From a virus: a stretch of DNA of 64,000 nucleotides. This document shows positions 61,246-64,000 of this stretch, in pieces (the first letter of the stretch is position 1; every line of letters begins with the position of its first letter). The stretch lies in IMG/VR virus record IMGVR_UViG_3300021437_000002; one strand, 5' to 3'. A program made the position numbers and the translations under genes. Below the pieces are notes generated by a model. That model was not told the origin of the DNA, ran no database searches, and saw nothing but the letters and a program-made list of their open reading frames with translations.

Positions 61246-61605
61246 TTATAGGCAGATTTGTCGAATACGTTCCCGAGTTAGCCCCATTTCTGTTGCGATC
61301 GCTTGGAGTGTGAGCCCCGCGTGTCGTGCCTGGCGGACCAGCGCATATTGCAGGAGCCGCTCGGCTGGCTCTAAAGCCGTGCGTAAAACTGCGGCTTTTA
61401 CTCTCCGGGGGTATCTCTTCTTTTTTCGCAGAGCGGAAAGAGGAAGCAATCCCCGATAGCGCAAGCGAGCATCGGCGTGCTCTTCCCTCCATTTTTCAAG
61501 GGTGGCCACATGCAAATTAGGGAGAGAGCCGGAGGCGAGCAACTCGTAGATGCGCATTCGGCTGACCTCCAGATATTTTGCCGCTGCTCGCTTACTCAGT
61601 AACAC
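61246..61605 (-). CDS. DNA-binding protein (HTH_17-like N-terminus, sigma70 region-4-like C-terminus)
   Basis: AAKYLEVSRMRIYELLASG and LTLQAIATEMGLTRERIRQI. Confidence 0.55.
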   Translation of the reverse strand: MLLSKRAAAKYLEVSRMRIYELLASGSLPNLHVATLEKWREEHADARLRYRGLLPLSALRKKKRYPRRVKAAVLRTALEPAERLLQYALVRQARHAGLTLQAIATEMGLTRERIRQICL

Positions 61606-61699
61606 CGGTGCATCTCTCCTAGCGGGAATACCAGTATGCGGGCTTCTCGCGGTCTTCGGAGCTATAGCCCAGGCAGCCCCTTTCGTCAGTGTAGGTGGG

Positions 61700-61815
61700 G
61701 CAGCAGAGCGTCATCTTGTCGATCTCCGCAGCGAGAGATGTTCCGCTGTTGGCATTGTGGCTACACGCACAATGCCGACTTCAATGCGTCTCGGGTTATT
61801 CGTCGTCGGGCTCAT
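61700..61815 (+). pseudogene. degraded C-terminal fragment of an IS605-family TnpB
   Basis: HLVDLRSERC in one frame and FRCWHCGYTHNADFNASRVI in another, matching the TnpB Zn-ribbon/RuvC-III signature. No intact ORF. Confidence 0.45.
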
Positions 61816-61918
61816 CGTTACTGCGATTCTCCTCAGGTTTCACTCAGTTCGTCCCCCGGTGGGGTGGGCGCAAACGAGTGAGCTTCAGTATCAAGCTTTT
61901 TCATTCAATTGGTGGGCA

Positions 61919-62185
61919 TCAGAGATCCCTGAGAAGATCCCTTAGGCACCGCAAAATGCTCTCCGTCCGCTGATGAAAATTCTCTTCCCTGCGAGCTTTC
62001 TCTTGCCGATGGAAGAGAATGATCTCCCGCGCGATAAGAAAGCCTTCCGCATTCGCCAGAAAGTGAACTTTCGACGACATATAACATCCACAATGCGGGG
62101 GATAAAGTTTTGCATTTTTGAGGCTCAAATCAAAAGATTGTTCCTCAAAGCAGAGCGGACAGATGAATTCATGACAATTAGACAT
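61919..62185 (-). CDS. hypothetical Cys-containing protein
   Basis: 88-aa ORF containing CPLC...HCGC. Confidence 0.4.
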   Translation of the reverse strand: MSNCHEFICPLCFEEQSFDLSLKNAKLYPPHCGCYMSSKVHFLANAEGFLIAREIILFHRQEKARREENFHQRTESILRCLRDLLRDL

Positions 62186-62188
62186 CTC

Positions 62189-62476
62189 TTATTCCTTCTC
62201 CTCCTCATTGGAACCTGCTGGGGGAGCCGGTATGGTTTTCACGAGCTCAACGTGAGCGGTATACCCCGCGGCGAGCTGGACTTTTCGTGCCGCGTGAAAC
62301 AGTCCGCTCGCTTCGCTTTCGTGGAAGTATTTGAGCTGCGCGAGCGGCGTAAGAGTAATGCCCAGACCGCGCTCAATGCGGTACTGGACCGCAAGCACAT
62401 CGACGGCTAGTCGCTTTGCTGCTTTGCGCAATGCTGCCCGGGCTTTCGTGTTAGAGTTTGTAAGTAAAATCTCCAT
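62189..62476 (-). CDS. hypothetical protein
   Basis: 95-aa ORF. Confidence 0.45.
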   Translation of the reverse strand: MEILLTNSNTKARAALRKAAKRLAVDVLAVQYRIERGLGITLTPLAQLKYFHESEASGLFHAARKVQLAAGYTAHVELVKTIPAPPAGSNEEEKE

Positions 62477-62524
62477 GTCCTTCTCCTTCTGGCTATTCGG
62501 CCGCGGGGGGGGGGACTCAGGCGG

Positions 62525-62728
62525 CTAGCGGCTAAAATGCTGACTGAGGCTGACCGGCTCACCAGCCTTAATAAGAGCGAGATAGCCATCTACCTCCTCT
62601 CGCGTATATTTACGGGCGACGAGATCGCGACGAAACGGATAGCCCGTGTGGCGTTCATCCGTCTCTCGTAAGCGAAAATGTCGGGCGCGGTAGGGTCGGT
62701 AAAAAGGGTAAACGTCTTGCGTCTTCAT
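62525..62728 (-). CDS. hypothetical protein
   Basis: 67-aa ORF. Confidence 0.45.
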   Translation of the reverse strand: MKTQDVYPFYRPYRARHFRLRETDERHTGYPFRRDLVARKYTREEVDGYLALIKAGEPVSLSQHFSR

Positions 62729-62757
62729 CGTCGGTGCTCCTTTCTTCTGAGTCTCCT

Positions 62758-62790
62758 CAGCGCGACCGGCTGCGACCGGCCGCGGGGGGG
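62758..62790. repeat. GC-rich palindromic element, copy 2
   Basis: Identical 32 nt to copy 1. Lies just 3' of minus-strand gene 62794..62997. Confidence 0.8.
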
Positions 62791-62793
62791 TCG

Positions 62794-62997
62794 TTAGAGT
62801 TTGAAAATATCATGCAACTTTTGCTGATCCTCGGTCGTCAGCTCTCCCGCATTTTCCCTTCTCCTCCTCTCCACCTCGACGCGACAGGCAACGCAGTGCT
62901 CTGAGTCAAATGCGAAATAATCCGTGTCAAATTTACTCAAGCAATCCGCCGAGTGGTTTTTGACGAAGTCGTGGTTACCCTCTTGTCCGCGCGCCAT
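62794..62997 (-). CDS. hypothetical protein
   Basis: 67-aa ORF. Confidence 0.45.
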   Translation of the reverse strand: MARGQEGNHDFVKNHSADCLSKFDTDYFAFDSEHCVACRVEVERRRRENAGELTTEDQQKLHDIFKL

Positions 62998-63031
62998 CGT
63001 TCTTCTCCTTCTGGTGATTCGGCCGCGCGGC

Positions 63032-63328
63032 CTACGGCTCGTCCCCTATGTTTGCCCCATAGGCTCCGGCAGGGCACTTTCCCTGCCCATGTTCCCCCTC
63101 CCCCACCGGATACCCGCACCGGCGGCAGAGCTGTGCTTCCTCGAGGATGCTGAGCTCATCAAATACGGCGATTTCGCCATCCGCGAATTTAACACGGAGG
63201 CGGTCGCCCTCTCGGCCTATGACTTCGCCCTTCTGGCCGCTACGAGAGGAGGGGTAGGGAAGTCCCCAACTTTTATTGGGTTGAGTCGAAATTTCAAACG
63301 CTCCCTTTTTTATTTTTACGGTTGCCAT
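63032..63328 (-). CDS. hypothetical protein
   Basis: 98-aa ORF. Confidence 0.5.
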   Translation of the reverse strand: MATVKIKKGAFEISTQPNKSWGLPYPSSRSGQKGEVIGREGDRLRVKFADGEIAVFDELSILEEAQLCRRCGYPVGEGEHGQGKCPAGAYGANIGDEP

Positions 63329-63392
63329 CTCGGTGCTCCTTTCTCCGCGATACTGTCAGAATATGCACCTTGTTGATAATTGTCAATAGATA

Positions 63393-63584
63393 TTACACAT
63401 TTATTTGTGTCGGGAAATTCTTGAGTAATTCCGCAGGGATAAGCAGCAAAACGGTCTGGCCGGTCGGTCCGGGAATGTGCTCACAGGCTTGTAACAGATT
63501 GTGATGCTGTAGCCATTGGTGGATGCGCTGCCGGGAGACTTTGCAGCGGGTGGCGGCCTGCGAGAGGGTGAGTTTTTCCTGCAT
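63393..63584 (-). CDS. small HTH DNA-binding protein
   Basis: LTLSQAATRCKVSRQRIHQWL. Confidence 0.55.
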   Translation of the reverse strand: MQEKLTLSQAATRCKVSRQRIHQWLQHHNLLQACEHIPGPTGQTVLLLIPAELLKNFPTQINV

Positions 63585-63605
63585 GGGGTTCTCCTAGCAG
63601 GTGAG

Positions 63606-63619
63606 TTGACTATTATCAA
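63606..63619. promoter_or_regulatory. near-palindromic operator TTGACTATTATCAA (second copy TTGATAATTGTCAA at 63373-63386)
   Basis: Both copies are followed by TAGATA. They flank the HTH gene and sit in the divergent promoter region. Confidence 0.4.
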
Positions 63620-63644
63620 TAGATACGATACGTCAGAGCGGAGC

Positions 63645-64000
63645 ATGAGCACTTCCCTTCTTTGGTCCGCCGCTGGTCAACCCGCTCTGTCCGGTGAGAC
63701 CCCTGGTTCTTGTCGCACCTGTGGCCAGGACGGCACCGGCCTCGTCTTCGCGTCGTGGGTCCGTGACACGTTTATGGATTTCGACAAGCTCTTTCCCGGC
63801 TCCATTCTCTGCCAGGCCTGTCAGTTCTGTTTTGCCGAAGCCTCGGAGCCGCTCCGCCAGCGCGTCGGCAAGGAGAAGCCACAAAGGATGCGCAACTATT
63901 CCCACTTTGTTATCAACGATGAGTGGAAACCGCTGAGTAAGGGCAATAAGCGGCAGATGCGGGAAATTCTGCTCCAGGAGCCACAGCTCGCAGTGATTGC
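63645..64000 (+). CDS. Zn-finger protein, 3' end outside window
   Basis: The frame is open from the ATG at 63645 to the window end (read by eye; not in the ORF track because it has no stop). Contains CRTCG...CQACQFC. Confidence 0.5.
   Translation, partial: MSTSLLWSAAGQPALSGETPGSCRTCGQDGTGLVFASWVRDTFMDFDKLFPGSILCQACQFCFAEASEPLRQRVGKEKPQRMRNYSHFVINDEWKPLSKGNKRQMREILLQEPQLAVI

Noticed and set aside
1-64000. tRNA, rRNA and reverse-transcriptase/DGR or retron elements
   Set aside because: No cloverleaf-like T-arm (GGTTCGAATCC-type) with a matching acceptor stem was seen in the intergenic regions I read. No RT motif (YxDD) was seen in any ORF translation. This was a scan by eye only.

Overview
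The whole window reads as a GC-rich, temperate, siphovirus-type phage or prophage genome segment. No rRNA, tRNA or CRISPR array was recognised. The modules are as follows.

- **Late operon (1-43957, + strand):** small and large terminase, portal, Mu-F/SPP1-gp7-type head morphogenesis protein, scaffold, major capsid protein, neck proteins, major tail protein, a G/GT chaperone pair with a -1 slippery site, a 2290-aa tape measure, distal tail and host-specificity proteins, a lysis cassette (SLT endolysin, holin-like and lipoprotein genes), and secreted FN3 or fibre-like proteins.
- **Early and replication operon (44090-56251, - strand):** RecT-like annealase, VRR-NUC nuclease, small C5-methyltransferase, an O-like initiator with internal iterons, excisionase-type HTH and Cro-like HTH.
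- **Lysogeny block (56320-59114, + strand):** CI-like repressor, membrane/HNH protein, lipoprotein and tyrosine integrase.
- **Right end:** a convergent Ro60/TROVE-vWA gene (59111-60706, -) with a long structured non-coding 5' flank, then further small minus-strand genes, a TnpB remnant, and a partial Zn-finger gene running off the window.

The genome carries many selfish elements: an intein in the morphogenesis gene with an antisense Vsr-like endonuclease ORF nested inside it, two paralogous HNH_3-like genes on the opposite strand within the lysis region, and a GIY-YIG cassette.

Other unusual features:
- a RAMP-like (Cas7/Csm3-motif) orphan gene next to a roughly 40-bp-phased repeat array
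- an 18-unit Pro/Trp tandem-repeat protein
- a (NNGCC)x21 pentanucleotide tract filling one intergenic spacer
- a triplicated 5' end of the morphogenesis gene

All functional calls come from motifs read by eye in the supplied translations. No database search was run.
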